In this document: positions 49,735-59,525 of the stretch, one piece after another
How the letters are laid out: the number at the start of each line of letters is the position of its first letter
Numbering within the stretch: the first letter of the stretch is position 1
Source: an uncultured Gammaproteobacteria bacterium
GTDB lineage: Bacteria > Patescibacteriota > Microgenomatia > 2-02-FULL-39-11
Length of the DNA stretch: 64,000 bases
Assembly: GCA_964446235.1 (NCBI GenBank)
Contig: CAYUNW010000001.1
Span: forward strand, 37,837 to 101,836
Reading direction: 5' to 3'
Translations under genes and position numbers: made by a program
Notes under the pieces: generated by a model
The model's database searches: none
Seen by the model: only the letters and a program-made list of their open reading frames with translations
Told to the model about the DNA's origin: nothing

Positions 49735-51084
49735 ATGAAAATCGATATTCCCAAAGATGTATTAAAAATTATTAAAACTCTAAAGGCAGCCGGATACGAA
49801 GGATATTTGGTAGGAGGAAGTATTAGGGATTTGATATTGAAAAGAAATACCAATGATTGGGATTTCACCACCAATGCAAAACCAGAGGATGTACTTAAAT
49901 TATTCAAAAATTCTTTTTATAATAACGTTTTCGGCACAGTCGGAGTACCAATAGGTAAAATAGTCCATGAAATTACTACCTACAGAAGCGAATCAGATTA
50001 CACGGATCATAGACATCCGAAAACCGTATCTTTCGGTAATAGTATCAAAGATGACTTATCCAGAAGAGACTTTACTATAAATGCTATAGCATATGACGGA
50101 AAAGAATATATCGATCCATACTACGGTATAAGGGATATAAGATTAAAAATCATCCGTTGCGTCGGTAATGCAAACGAAAGATTTTATGAAGACGGTTTAA
50201 GAATGATAAGAGCTGTCAGATTAGCTACTCAACTTAAATTCATTATTGATGAAAAAACACTTGAAGCAATAAAAAAACATGTTAAATTAATAAATAAAAT
50301 ATCAGCTGAAAGAATAAGGGATGAAATTTTTAAGATACTTGAAAGCGAATTTCCTGCAGACGGAATATTGATTTTGAAAAATACATTATTGTTAAAAGAA
50401 ATAATCCCGGAACTGGATAAATGTTTTTATATAGAACAAAAAAGTCCGAAAAGGCATCATATTTATGATGTCGGAACTCATCTAGTACAATCTTTAAAAT
50501 ATTGCAAATCAACCGATCCTGTGGTTAGATTGGCTACTTTATTACATGATATCGGAAAAGCCGAAACATATCATAAGAAAGCAGATGGAGTGATTACATT
50601 TTATAATCATGAAATTATCGGTACAAAAATTGTTAAAAGAATTGCAGATAGACTTAAACTTTCAAAAAAAGACAGTAGTAGGTTATTAAAACTTGTCAGG
50701 TACCATCAGTTTACAGTAGATGAAAAACAAACCGATTCTGCCATCAGAAGGCTAATCAGAAACGTCGGTAAAGAAAACATAACTGATATTTTAGCGTTAC
50801 GGACTGGTGATAGATTAGGAGGCGGAGCTAGAGAAACCAGTTGGCGACTAGAATTATATAAAAAAAGACTAATTGAAGTACAAAAACAACCATTTTCCGT
50901 ATCTGATTTGAAAGTTGATGGTTATGATATTATGAAAATTTATAAAATAAACCCAGGCCCATTGGTAGGAAATATACTCAACACTCTTTTTGACGAGGTT
51001 GTAAGTAAAAAAATTAAGAATGAAAAAAAAATATTATTGAATAGACTTAAAGAACTTGAACCTATTTTTTTCCTTCCCAAATAA
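49735..51084 (+). CDS. cca: CCA-adding tRNA nucleotidyltransferase with HD domain
   Basis: GYEGYLVGGSIRDLIL and RRDFTINA pol-beta NTase motifs. HD motif LLHDIGK. Confidence 0.85.
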   Translation: MKIDIPKDVLKIIKTLKAAGYEGYLVGGSIRDLILKRNTNDWDFTTNAKPEDVLKLFKNSFYNNVFGTVGVPIGKIVHEITTYRSESDYTDHRHPKTVSFGNSIKDDLSRRDFTINAIAYDGKEYIDPYYGIRDIRLKIIRCVGNANERFYEDGLRMIRAVRLATQLKFIIDEKTLEAIKKHVKLINKISAERIRDEIFKILESEFPADGILILKNTLLLKEIIPELDKCFYIEQKSPKRHHIYDVGTHLVQSLKYCKSTDPVVRLATLLHDIGKAETYHKKADGVITFYNHEIIGTKIVKRIADRLKLSKKDSSRLLKLVRYHQFTVDEKQTDSAIRRLIRNVGKENITDILALRTGDRLGGGARETSWRLELYKKRLIEVQKQPFSVSDLKVDGYDIMKIYKINPGPLVGNILNTLFDEVVSKKIKNEKKILLNRLKELEPIFFLPK

Positions 51085-51946
51085 CCAATAAAGGTGCAGC
51101 ATTGAATATTGACGAATAGGTTCCTGAAACTATCCCTATTAATAAGGCGATGATAAAATTTCTAATACTTTCCCCTCCAAAAAAAAGCATCGCGGATAAA
51201 GTAAAAATTACAGTCAGTGATGTAGATAATGATCTTGCCAGTGTTTGCACTATTGATTCATTTACAATATATTCAAAATTTTTATCTGGGAATTTTATTA
51301 AGTTCTCCCTAATTCTATCAAAAACCACTATTGAATCGTGAACTGAAAATCCCATAATAGTCAGAAGAGCAGTGATAAATAGACTGTCAATTTCCACATG
51401 AAAGAAGTGGCCTAAAATAGAAAAAATACCAATCACCAAAAAAACGTCGTGCAACAATGCTGCTACCGCACAAATACCGAATTTAAAGGATGAATAAGGT
51501 CTTGGAATCTTTCTGAATGCCCAGGCAATATATAAAACAATCATCACGGATGCAATTATGACAGAGCTTGCAGCTTTTTTACTTGTTTCGCTACCAATAG
51601 CCGGTCCTACTGTTTCGTACCGGATCTCTTTTAGATCTGAATTAATTTTTGTGATTTCATTTTTAAATTCCTCATGCAAACTCTTATCTATTGATTTCAT
51701 TTTTACCACAATTGAGTCTTTTCCGGCTGTCTGTATCGAGTTTATTTCAATCTTCAGATTTTCAGCTATCGATCTTATTTTAGAAATATTTTCTTGACTG
51801 GAATCAGAATACTTATACTCAATTAAAGTTCCTCCGGTAAAATCGATACCTGGTTTCATACCAAACAACAATAGAGATATCATCCCGGGAATTATTACCA
51901 AAGCTGAAATAAGTAAATAAAAAAATTTATATTTAATAATATTCAT
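51062..51946 (-). CDS. secF: protein translocase subunit SecF
   Basis: 294 aa, 6 TM. Sits downstream of secD. Confidence 0.8.
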   Translation of the reverse strand: MNIIKYKFFYLLISALVIIPGMISLLLFGMKPGIDFTGGTLIEYKYSDSSQENISKIRSIAENLKIEINSIQTAGKDSIVVKMKSIDKSLHEEFKNEITKINSDLKEIRYETVGPAIGSETSKKAASSVIIASVMIVLYIAWAFRKIPRPYSSFKFGICAVAALLHDVFLVIGIFSILGHFFHVEIDSLFITALLTIMGFSVHDSIVVFDRIRENLIKFPDKNFEYIVNESIVQTLARSLSTSLTVIFTLSAMLFFGGESIRNFIIALLIGIVSGTYSSIFNAAPLLVIWEGKK

Positions 51947-51949
51947 AAA

Positions 51950-53278
51950 TTATTTGTATATAAGTTTCAAAAATGTTCTAGTTACTGTAATAGCAGTAAA
52001 AAGTGATATAAATATACCAATCGCTAATGTAATAGCAAATCCCCTTACTATACCTGTTCCGAAATAATAAAGTATCAAACAAGTAATTAAAGACGACAGA
52101 TTTGAATCCCTAATAGAACTAAAAGCTCTGTCAAAACCTAAATCTATTGCTGTTTTTTTATCCCGACCCCATCTGATTTCTTCCTTAATTCTTTCAAAAA
52201 TCAAAATATTTGCATCAACTGCCATACCAATTGACAAAACAAAACCGGCTAATCCGGCTAAAGTTATAGTAACGGGAATGGTTTTGAATATTGCTAAAAC
52301 TATTACAGCATAAATCATTAAGGCAATATTTGCTACCAATCCAAACATACCATAATTTATAAGCATAAAAACGGATACGATTAATAACCCTATGCCACCT
52401 GCAATCATACTTTTTTCAATTGACTGATTACCCAAAGTAGCTCCAATATTTCTTTGTTCAATAATTTTTAACGGTACCGGTAAAGCTCCGGCATTTAATG
52501 ATATAGTAAGTTTTTTAGCGTCATTTGCTGAAAAGTCTCCTTGTATCACAGCTCTTCCTCCTTCAATTGGCTCATTTACTCTTGGTGCAGAAAGTAACTG
52601 ATCGTCAAGAAATATTGCCACCGATTTACCAATATTCCTTTTAGTAATCTCATTAAATATTTGACTACCTTGTGTGTCAAATTCTAAAGATACTTGTGGT
52701 TTTCCAGTGTTTTGATCAAAAACAACTTCTGACTTTTTTAAATGTTTTCCTGAAAGATTAGTTTTAATACTCCAAATATCAAAATAACTGGATGGGGTAG
52801 CAATTTGTGCTGCTATTGAACTTTCCTCATAAAAATTAAGCTGTGCGGTTTTTCCAATAAGCTCAACTGCAGAACCGAGATCGGAAATACCCGGTATCTC
52901 GACATTTATTCTATAATCATCGGCGGTTTTAGCTTGTTGAATTATCGGCTCCGTTAAACCAAATAGGTTTATCCTTTTCTCAACAACATCTTTTGCTGAC
53001 TGAAAAGCCTGTTCTTTATTTTGTTGATCGATACCATTCATATCTGCTTCTAAAACTATATGTGTTCCACCCGACAAATCCAATCCAAATCTGGATTCAA
53101 AGTTTTTTTTAATAATAAAACGACCTATACCGAAATCAATTTTAGGAGGATTAATTATTCTATCAATTTTGATTGATCCAATTTGGAATTTAAGACGTAA
53201 ATTATTCGGTAATGAAATCAAACTTGAAATAATTGTAACAATTGCAATAAAAATTAAGCTTTTATATGATTTATTCAT
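51950..53278 (-). CDS. secD: protein translocase subunit SecD
   Basis: 442 aa. N-terminal TM, periplasmic domain, then C-terminal 5-TM SecD/F region. Confidence 0.8.
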   Translation of the reverse strand: MNKSYKSLIFIAIVTIISSLISLPNNLRLKFQIGSIKIDRIINPPKIDFGIGRFIIKKNFESRFGLDLSGGTHIVLEADMNGIDQQNKEQAFQSAKDVVEKRINLFGLTEPIIQQAKTADDYRINVEIPGISDLGSAVELIGKTAQLNFYEESSIAAQIATPSSYFDIWSIKTNLSGKHLKKSEVVFDQNTGKPQVSLEFDTQGSQIFNEITKRNIGKSVAIFLDDQLLSAPRVNEPIEGGRAVIQGDFSANDAKKLTISLNAGALPVPLKIIEQRNIGATLGNQSIEKSMIAGGIGLLIVSVFMLINYGMFGLVANIALMIYAVIVLAIFKTIPVTITLAGLAGFVLSIGMAVDANILIFERIKEEIRWGRDKKTAIDLGFDRAFSSIRDSNLSSLITCLILYYFGTGIVRGFAITLAIGIFISLFTAITVTRTFLKLIYK

Positions 53279-53287
53279 TATTTGTGG

Positions 53288-53470
53288 CTATTTAGCATCA
53301 GGTAATAACATTTGAGCAGTACCGGAAAAACGGAGATTTATATTTCCTTTAACTAAATCTGTTTTTACCTGCACATAATCTCCTGATTTTAAATTAAGAC
53401 CGTGTACAAACCTGGCAGGAATAATTACTGCTAAACTGTTTCTGCCGATTTTAACTATTTTTTGTCGCAT
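53288..53470 (-). CDS. AbrB/MazE/SpoVT swapped-hairpin domain protein (60 aa)
   Basis: KIVKIGRNSLAVIIPARFVHGLNLKSGDYVQV matches the AbrB/MazE N-terminal fold motif. Confidence 0.65.
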   Translation of the reverse strand: MRQKIVKIGRNSLAVIIPARFVHGLNLKSGDYVQVKTDLVKGNINLRFSGTAQMLLPDAK

Positions 53471-53474
53471 AAAT

Positions 53475-54068
53475 TTACCTTACTAATTCTTCTTCATCAC
53501 CGATAATTGCAATCCTGGAACCTTTAAGAATATCCAGAATGAATGGGTCTCTTCGTTTTTTACGGAATTCAAACTCTTCTTCTGTCATTACAGTATAGTT
53601 TATTTCTCTTTCACGTTTTGCTTCCTCTTGTCTGATTATTTGCATTATTTCCGGTAGAACTACTTTTCCAACTAATAAAAGATCGACATCATTAGAATGT
53701 TTAGGTAAATTTCTTGCAAACTTTCCAGAAATCATAGCAAATTTTATACGTCCTAATTTTGATTTATTTTTTATAATATCACCACCCAAACCGGTAGTCT
53801 TAATGATTATATTCAATAAATCATAATATAGAAGGTGATCTTTTCTTAATAGATAAAAAAGTCTGTTTGCGCGACGTTCTTTGGTGAAAAGACCGATTTT
53901 TTCCAAATGTGAAAGCTCTCTTCTAACAGCATTAATCTCTTCTTCAGTTCTCCTTACAATTTCCCTAACATGATACATTTTTTCAGGAGACTGAAAAAAT
54001 AGTTCCAGAATTTTTATTCTAACCCTGGAAATTATTATATCTTTAAACATAATTTCCTCCTTTTTCAA
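53475..54068 (-). CDS. winged-HTH fused to minimal pol-beta-type nucleotidyltransferase domain
   Basis: N-terminal ArsR-like wHTH (RIKILELF...VREIVRRT). The later ISGKFARNLPKHSNDVDLLLVG matches the GS-x-AR-G-x(n)-SD[IV]DLLV minimal NTase motif. Confidence 0.55.
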   Translation of the reverse strand: MKKEEIMFKDIIISRVRIKILELFFQSPEKMYHVREIVRRTEEEINAVRRELSHLEKIGLFTKERRANRLFYLLRKDHLLYYDLLNIIIKTTGLGGDIIKNKSKLGRIKFAMISGKFARNLPKHSNDVDLLLVGKVVLPEIMQIIRQEEAKREREINYTVMTEEEFEFRKKRRDPFILDILKGSRIAIIGDEEELVR

Positions 54069-54081
54069 CAGGGCAGATTAT

Positions 54082-55260
54082 TTAGTAACTCACTTGATCC
54101 TCATTTGGAACCAGTTCAATCCAAATTGGACCTCTGGTGAATTCAACTTCCTTTCCTTTTGAATCAAAATATTGAGTCCTTGAAATTCTTGTTTTCTTAG
54201 ACCAAGTACCGTTAATCACTTTTCCGTCTTGAAATATCAAAGCCTTTCCACTCCCTATCGATGTATATAACAGATGACCATGTCCATCCACTGGTCCTCT
54301 GATTTTTGTCAGTTGAATAACTACATTCTTGGCGACTAAATCTTGTTTGTTGTCCAAATCTATATGCTGTTCACCACCGAGTTTTCTTTTATATATATTA
54401 TTCTCTCTATCAAAAATCCATTCTACATCATATGAAGGTCGACCTTCCGAAAATGCGATTTTCACACTGTTTACATTTCCCAAATCTGAATTGTTACCAT
54501 CTTTAAATTTCCACATAGTAAAATTTTTATCCCAAGAAACACCATCTTCGTCAACATTTGTCCAACCACGTTTTTCGGCAATTTTGTATAAATTATCTTC
54601 AAAACAAACCATGGTATGTTCTGTGGCTACCGGACGACCGACACGATCTGGATTTCTATAACAATCTGGCATTCCAATACCGAATTGATCTAAATCTTTA
54701 ATACCGTATTTTTGAATTTGACCTAACGCATCAGCGTCTATGGCTGTAGAAGCAGCATTATCTCCTAACCGATTAGCACCTCCTACATGATTATATAAAG
54801 CGTCATATTCGGATACCCAATCTAAATAATTAGACCTAGCTGATCTTACAGGAGCAAATGCGATATTTTCAAAAGGGGTATTACAATAAAACACACCCAT
54901 ATATCTGGTAACCCATCCTTCTACTAATGCCTCATATACGACATCAGCTCTTGATAATCCCGATTGAGGCCGAGCGTCTTCACTGTTTTCAATCATAACT
55001 GCTAATGGTCTTCTTTTCTCCCAATCTTCTTTCTCTTTTTCGGTATATTTTTCACCATTCATAGGACATACAGCTGTCCTCGGTAAAGATGGGTCTACTT
55101 TATTTTTAGGATTTACACTTGGAGATATATTTGCTACAGGAGAAACGAAAACCGGATTACCACCTTTAAATACAAAAGAGTTAAAAACAGCATAAGATAT
55201 TCCAGTTGAAATAAAATATAAACCTAACCCAAATAAATACACAATTAATTTTTTGTTCAT
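54082..55260 (-). CDS. DUF3048-family lipoprotein-like protein (YerB-like)
   Basis: RPLAVMIENSEDARPQSGLSRADVVYEALVEGWVTRYMGVFY signature of DUF3048. Start placed at the internal Met MNKKLIVYLFG. Confidence 0.65.
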   Translation of the reverse strand: MNKKLIVYLFGLGLYFISTGISYAVFNSFVFKGGNPVFVSPVANISPSVNPKNKVDPSLPRTAVCPMNGEKYTEKEKEDWEKRRPLAVMIENSEDARPQSGLSRADVVYEALVEGWVTRYMGVFYCNTPFENIAFAPVRSARSNYLDWVSEYDALYNHVGGANRLGDNAASTAIDADALGQIQKYGIKDLDQFGIGMPDCYRNPDRVGRPVATEHTMVCFEDNLYKIAEKRGWTNVDEDGVSWDKNFTMWKFKDGNNSDLGNVNSVKIAFSEGRPSYDVEWIFDRENNIYKRKLGGEQHIDLDNKQDLVAKNVVIQLTKIRGPVDGHGHLLYTSIGSGKALIFQDGKVINGTWSKKTRISRTQYFDSKGKEVEFTRGPIWIELVPNEDQVSY

Positions 55261-55264
55261 AATT

Positions 55265-55726
55265 TTATTTAAAATTTGATAATGCAACAGCTTTTTTAAC
55301 AGTCTGTTTCTCTTCTTCCGATAATTCAATATCTATACCTTTACCATCCTTAACTTCTTTAATATACCATCTGGTTACACCACGATTATGAAGAGATGTT
55401 AATAATATACCTGAATTTTTACCATCTAGCAAAGCCAGAATAAAACTTTGCTTCCCTCCGGTATCACTGAAAGGATTAAATCTGAACAATGATATTTTTT
55501 GAAAATTATAAACTATATCATTGGATAAAGAATTTACCTTCAGTGTTAATGTATGAATTTCTTTTTTGGAAAGATGAACGTCCTTTAAAATATTATTGAG
55601 AATGTCGATTAAGTTACCTTGAGTAACACCTTTCAATAATTTATTTTGGTTACTAAATATTTTAAAAATAACTACTGTATCAATCAAAAGCCACAAAAGT
55701 ATAAAAGAAATTAGAACATAAATCAT
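55265..55726 (-). CDS. DUF4446-family protein
   Basis: N-terminal TM, then RFNPFSDTGGKQSFILALLDGKNSGILLTSLHNRGVTRWYIKEV. Confidence 0.55.
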   Translation of the reverse strand: MIYVLISFILLWLLIDTVVIFKIFSNQNKLLKGVTQGNLIDILNNILKDVHLSKKEIHTLTLKVNSLSNDIVYNFQKISLFRFNPFSDTGGKQSFILALLDGKNSGILLTSLHNRGVTRWYIKEVKDGKGIDIELSEEEKQTVKKAVALSNFK

Positions 55727-55819
55727 AAAATATGCATTTTAAAAATTGAGTAAACTATGTATTCGAGATTGTACTCACTTTACAACTTTGTGTCAATATG
55801 ATAGGCTTTTTGCCATAAT

Positions 55820-56116
55820 ATGCCTAAAAAAACTAAAAGGCAAAAAATCGAATCACAAATAAGAAGAGAGAAAATGCTCTCGCAAGGCTACAGTGTAAAT
55901 TTTGTCAAGACTGAACTTGATCAAACATCCATTAAAGCTAAAATTCAACAGCAATCACCTTCAAAAACTTTAAAAAATGTTGATCTAACAAGCCAAAAAC
56001 ATTTTTCAACCGATTCATATCATTTTGTTAAGAAAGACTTGATAAGAATTACTATATTTACAATTTTCGCTTTCGTAATCCAAGGTGTGCTATATTTCCT
56101 GTTAGGTATAAATTGA
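55820..56116 (+). CDS. hypothetical small protein (basic N-terminus, C-terminal TM)
   Basis: 98 aa. No motif. Confidence 0.3.
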   Translation: MPKKTKRQKIESQIRREKMLSQGYSVNFVKTELDQTSIKAKIQQQSPSKTLKNVDLTSQKHFSTDSYHFVKKDLIRITIFTIFAFVIQGVLYFLLGIN

Positions 56117-56150
56117 TTGTTTATATACTTAAGAGAGGAGGTGAAAATAT

Positions 56151-56291
56151 ATGGCAGAAATGTATTGTGTTAAATGTCGTGCAAAAAGAGAAGATCCAAA
56201 TGCACAAAAAGTGACAATGAAAAACGGTAAACCAGCAATGAAAGGAAAATGTCCTGTTTGCGGCACCGGAATGTATAAAATTGGTGGCTAA
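56151..56291 (+). CDS. DUF5679-like small zinc-ribbon protein (46 aa; not in the supplied ORF track because under 60 aa)
   Basis: Manual translation gives MAEMYCVKCRAKREDPNAQKVTMKNGKPAMKGKCPVCGTGMYKIGG*. CxxC...CxxC. Strong SD GAGAGGAGGTG 8 nt upstream. Followed by a terminator. Confidence 0.7.
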   Translation: MAEMYCVKCRAKREDPNAQKVTMKNGKPAMKGKCPVCGTGMYKIGG

Positions 56292-56315
56292 AACAATTTT
56301 TGATAGCATATAAAA

Positions 56316-56345
56316 CCCCTCCTTAAAAAGTGAGGGGTTTTATTT
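56316..56345. terminator. bidirectional rho-independent terminator (CCCCTC-N10-GAGGGG with T/A tracts on both sides)
   Basis: Stem 56316-56321 / 56332-56337 read from the sequence. TTTTATTTT follows on the plus strand and AAAA precedes it. Sits between convergent genes. Confidence 0.75.
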
Positions 56346-56354
56346 TAGAAAAAC

Positions 56355-57560
56355 TCATCTTCTAATTGCTTCAACAGGTGTCATTTCTGAAGCTTTCTTA
56401 GCCGGTACCACGCCAAAAAATATACCTATACTTGCTGATACAAATACTGCTAAAAAAACCGTATTGAAGTTTATATAAGCCGGAAAATAGCTTTGAATTA
56501 ATATTACAACCAAAAAAGAAAAGCATAAACCTAATACACCACCTAACATAGATAAAATTATCGATTGGGTAAGAAAAAGCAATAAAATATCCCTTCTTTT
56601 TGCTCCATATGCACGCCTAATTCCTATTTCCTGTACCCTTTGTGCAACAGATACATACATAATATTCATTATTCCTATCCCACCTACCATTAATGATATC
56701 GTTGCTATCCCCACTAATACATAATTAACCATATTAAAAATTGATTCCATAGAATTGAAAATCTCCTTTTGATCCAATACGGAAAAATCGCTCTCGTTAT
56801 ATCTTTTAAGCAATATGTTTTTAATATCCGTCTTAGTCGTTTCTAATCTATCTTCATTTTTAAGTTTAGCGTAGATGCCGTAATATTTTTTACTTGGATT
56901 AAATGATAACGTAGATTTAAAAGGCGTTAAAATATGATCGTCAATACTTGGCATACCACCGCCGCCTCCACCTTTGGATTCTAAAACACCAATTACTAAA
57001 TAAGGTTGATCGTTAATTTTAACGATTTTATTTAACGCCTGATCTTTGGTGCTAAAAAGGTTTTTTGCAACTGCAGAACCCAATACAACAACTTTTTTGG
57101 CTTTTTCATTATGGTTTTCATCAAATAATACCCCCATTTCAACAACCATATTCAATATGTTAAAAATATCCGGAGTTGAAGCAATAAGTTCATATACTCT
57201 AGTATCCTTATATCCTTTTATTTCCGGATAAAAATGGTAAGCAGGAGCAGAAACGGCAATATTTTCGATTTTTTTTATCCTCTGATAATCTTTATCATCA
57301 AATTTTCCCTGAATAGACATGCTTGACGGATTAATACTCCCACTTTGCATCATACGGCCAGGCATTACCATTACTAAATTTGCACCTATTGCTTCAAATT
57401 GAAGCTCTATATATTTTTTCAAACCAAGTCCGAAGGCCATAAGTAGCACTACTGATGAAATTCCAATAAATATCCCTAAAGAAGTAAGAATTGTCCGAAT
57501 TTTATTGTTTTTAAGATCATTAAAAGAATTGGTAACAATACAGCAAAAATATTTATACAT
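56355..57560 (-). CDS. ABC transporter permease, MacB/FtsX-type
   Basis: N-terminal TM, large periplasmic domain with a Gly run (GGGGGG), C-terminal FtsX 3-TM region. Confidence 0.75.
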   Translation of the reverse strand: MYKYFCCIVTNSFNDLKNNKIRTILTSLGIFIGISSVVLLMAFGLGLKKYIELQFEAIGANLVMVMPGRMMQSGSINPSSMSIQGKFDDKDYQRIKKIENIAVSAPAYHFYPEIKGYKDTRVYELIASTPDIFNILNMVVEMGVLFDENHNEKAKKVVVLGSAVAKNLFSTKDQALNKIVKINDQPYLVIGVLESKGGGGGGMPSIDDHILTPFKSTLSFNPSKKYYGIYAKLKNEDRLETTKTDIKNILLKRYNESDFSVLDQKEIFNSMESIFNMVNYVLVGIATISLMVGGIGIMNIMYVSVAQRVQEIGIRRAYGAKRRDILLLFLTQSIILSMLGGVLGLCFSFLVVILIQSYFPAYINFNTVFLAVFVSASIGIFFGVVPAKKASEMTPVEAIRR

Positions 57561-57595
57561 GAATTTGTATTAATTATATCCCAAAAACGTCAAAC

Positions 57596-58837
57596 TCATT
57601 CATATCTTATTGCTTCAATTGGTGAAAGATCAGCAGCTCTCTTTGCAGGAAAAACACCAAACACAATACCTATTGCGGAAGAAACACCCAAAGCAACAAG
57701 TACGGATTGGAGATTTATATATGCCGGAAAAAATTTCTGTATCAATAACACCACAACAAATGAAAACAGTAAACCTAACATGCCTCCCAAAAGTGATAAA
57801 ATAACTGCTTCGGTCAAAAATTGTATCAAAATGTCTTTTCCTGTTGCGCCCATAGACCGTCTTATCCCAATTTCCCTGATTCGTTCAACTACAGAAACAT
57901 ACATAATATTCATAATTCCAATACCACCAACTACTAAAGAAATCGCTGCAATAGCCACTAATATTGTATTCAACACCGAAAAGATAGAAGAAACAGCATT
58001 AAGAATTTCTGTCTGTTCAATAACAGAAAAGTCATCTTCACTATACCTTTTGAGTAAACTGTTTTTGATATTATCTTTGGTAGTTGCAATAGTCTCACCC
58101 GAAACTGCTTTTAAACTTATTGCCGTAAAAGACTTATCAGGATTAAACGCTAAAGCAGATTTATATGGTATATAGATAAAGGAATCAAAATCAGGCCCGC
58201 CAAAACCTCCTCCTCCTTTGGATTTCAAAACACCAATCACCGGAAAACCTTGATTCTCAATCTTAATTGTTTTACCTAAGGCTGTGTCTATATTTCCATA
58301 TAATTTTTCCGCGATTTTAGGTCCAATAACAACCTTTTTACTACGTTTTTCCACGTCAGTTTTATTGAAAAGATTTCCTACTTCTACCTCCAAATTCCTA
58401 ATCGCAAACACTCCTTCATTTGTCGCATATAGTTCACCGAATTCCGAATTCCCGTTTGCCGTAACCTCTACCGTTTTCATAAAAGCGGGTACAACATAAG
58501 AAATATCATCTATTTTTGTCAGGTTCAAAATATCTTTCTCGTCAAATCTGGTGCCACCCAATGCGCTACCACCTCCTCTAAAATTTCCACCTTCCAATAT
58601 TTTTCCTGGTACAACAATCAAAAGGTTTGTACCTAAGCTTTCAAACTGATTTTCAATGTATTTTTTCAATCCCAATCCAAAAGCAATCAATAATACTACC
58701 GATGCTACTCCAATGAGTATGCCTAAAGATGTCAAAAAAGTTCTGACTTTATTTCGCTTAAAATCTTCAAGAGCCGATTTGAATACAAACAGAAAATTGT
58801 TCATAAAAGGAAAATTATTTTGATACTTTTCCGTCAC
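57596..58837 (-). CDS. ABC transporter permease, MacB/FtsX-type (paralogue)
   Basis: Same architecture as the previous gene. The C-terminal regions are near-identical in pattern. Confidence 0.75.
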   Translation of the reverse strand: MTEKYQNNFPFMNNFLFVFKSALEDFKRNKVRTFLTSLGILIGVASVVLLIAFGLGLKKYIENQFESLGTNLLIVVPGKILEGGNFRGGGSALGGTRFDEKDILNLTKIDDISYVVPAFMKTVEVTANGNSEFGELYATNEGVFAIRNLEVEVGNLFNKTDVEKRSKKVVIGPKIAEKLYGNIDTALGKTIKIENQGFPVIGVLKSKGGGGFGGPDFDSFIYIPYKSALAFNPDKSFTAISLKAVSGETIATTKDNIKNSLLKRYSEDDFSVIEQTEILNAVSSIFSVLNTILVAIAAISLVVGGIGIMNIMYVSVVERIREIGIRRSMGATGKDILIQFLTEAVILSLLGGMLGLLFSFVVVLLIQKFFPAYINLQSVLVALGVSSAIGIVFGVFPAKRAADLSPIEAIRYE

Positions 58838-59525
58838 GGATAATTATCCTACGCCTTGCCCTATCAGCAATATCTTTCTCATGTGTGACTAAAACTACAG
58901 TAATTTTATCTTTGGAATTTAAATTATCCAATAAATCCATAATGATATTCCCGGTTTTTGTATCCAAATTTCCGGTAGGTTCATCTGCTAAAATCAATTG
59001 CGGATCATTTACCAATGCCCTAGCAATAGCTACTCTCTGCTGTTGACCTCCAGATAATTTGTTTGGATAAGATTTTGCCTTTTCCAATATCCCGAATCTT
59101 TTCAAAAGGTCATTTGCTTTTTCTATAAAATTCTGACCTTTGTCGTTCCTTGTATACATTGTCGGCAGTAATACATTTTCTAATACTGTTAATTTATTTA
59201 TAAGGTTAAACTGCTGAAATACAAATCCAACAAATTCATTACGAAGATGAGATAGCTTATCGTCAGAAAAATTTGAAATATCTTCCCCTTCAATAAGCAC
59301 TTTACCTCGTGTGGGTGAATCCAATAATCCAATAATATGCATTAATGTCGATTTCCCCGAACCAGAAGGACCCAATATTGCTACATATTCGCTTTTAGAG
59401 ATTTCTACACTGACATTGTCAAGAGCTACGAAAATTCCGGAATCGATTTTATATTCTTTATACACATTTTCGATTTTTATTAATGGATTTTTCATAAATT
59501 TCAATGAGGTGCAAAAATTATTCAA
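58815..59525 (-). CDS. ABC transporter ATP-binding protein (MacB/LolD-like)
   Basis: Walker A GPSGSGKST, signature LSGGQQQRVAIARAL, Walker B ILADEPTGNLD. Confidence 0.85.
   Translation of the reverse strand: MNNFCTSLKFMKNPLIKIENVYKEYKIDSGIFVALDNVSVEISKSEYVAILGPSGSGKSTLMHIIGLLDSPTRGKVLIEGEDISNFSDDKLSHLRNEFVGFVFQQFNLINKLTVLENVLLPTMYTRNDKGQNFIEKANDLLKRFGILEKAKSYPNKLSGGQQQRVAIARALVNDPQLILADEPTGNLDTKTGNIIMDLLDNLNSKDKITVVLVTHEKDIADRARRRIIIRDGKVSK

Noticed and set aside
56121-56309. 62-aa minus-strand ORF in the supplied track
   Set aside because: A Cys/His/Phe-rich antisense artefact. The plus strand encodes a 46-aa zinc-ribbon protein with a strong SD and terminator.
56940-58260. Poly-G/poly-C runs (GGCGGCGGTGG, GGAGGAGGAGG) inside the permease genes
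   Set aside because: They encode Gly-rich linkers (GGGGGG) on the coding strand rather than being CRISPR, G-quadruplex or repeat elements. No spacer-repeat periodicity anywhere in the window.
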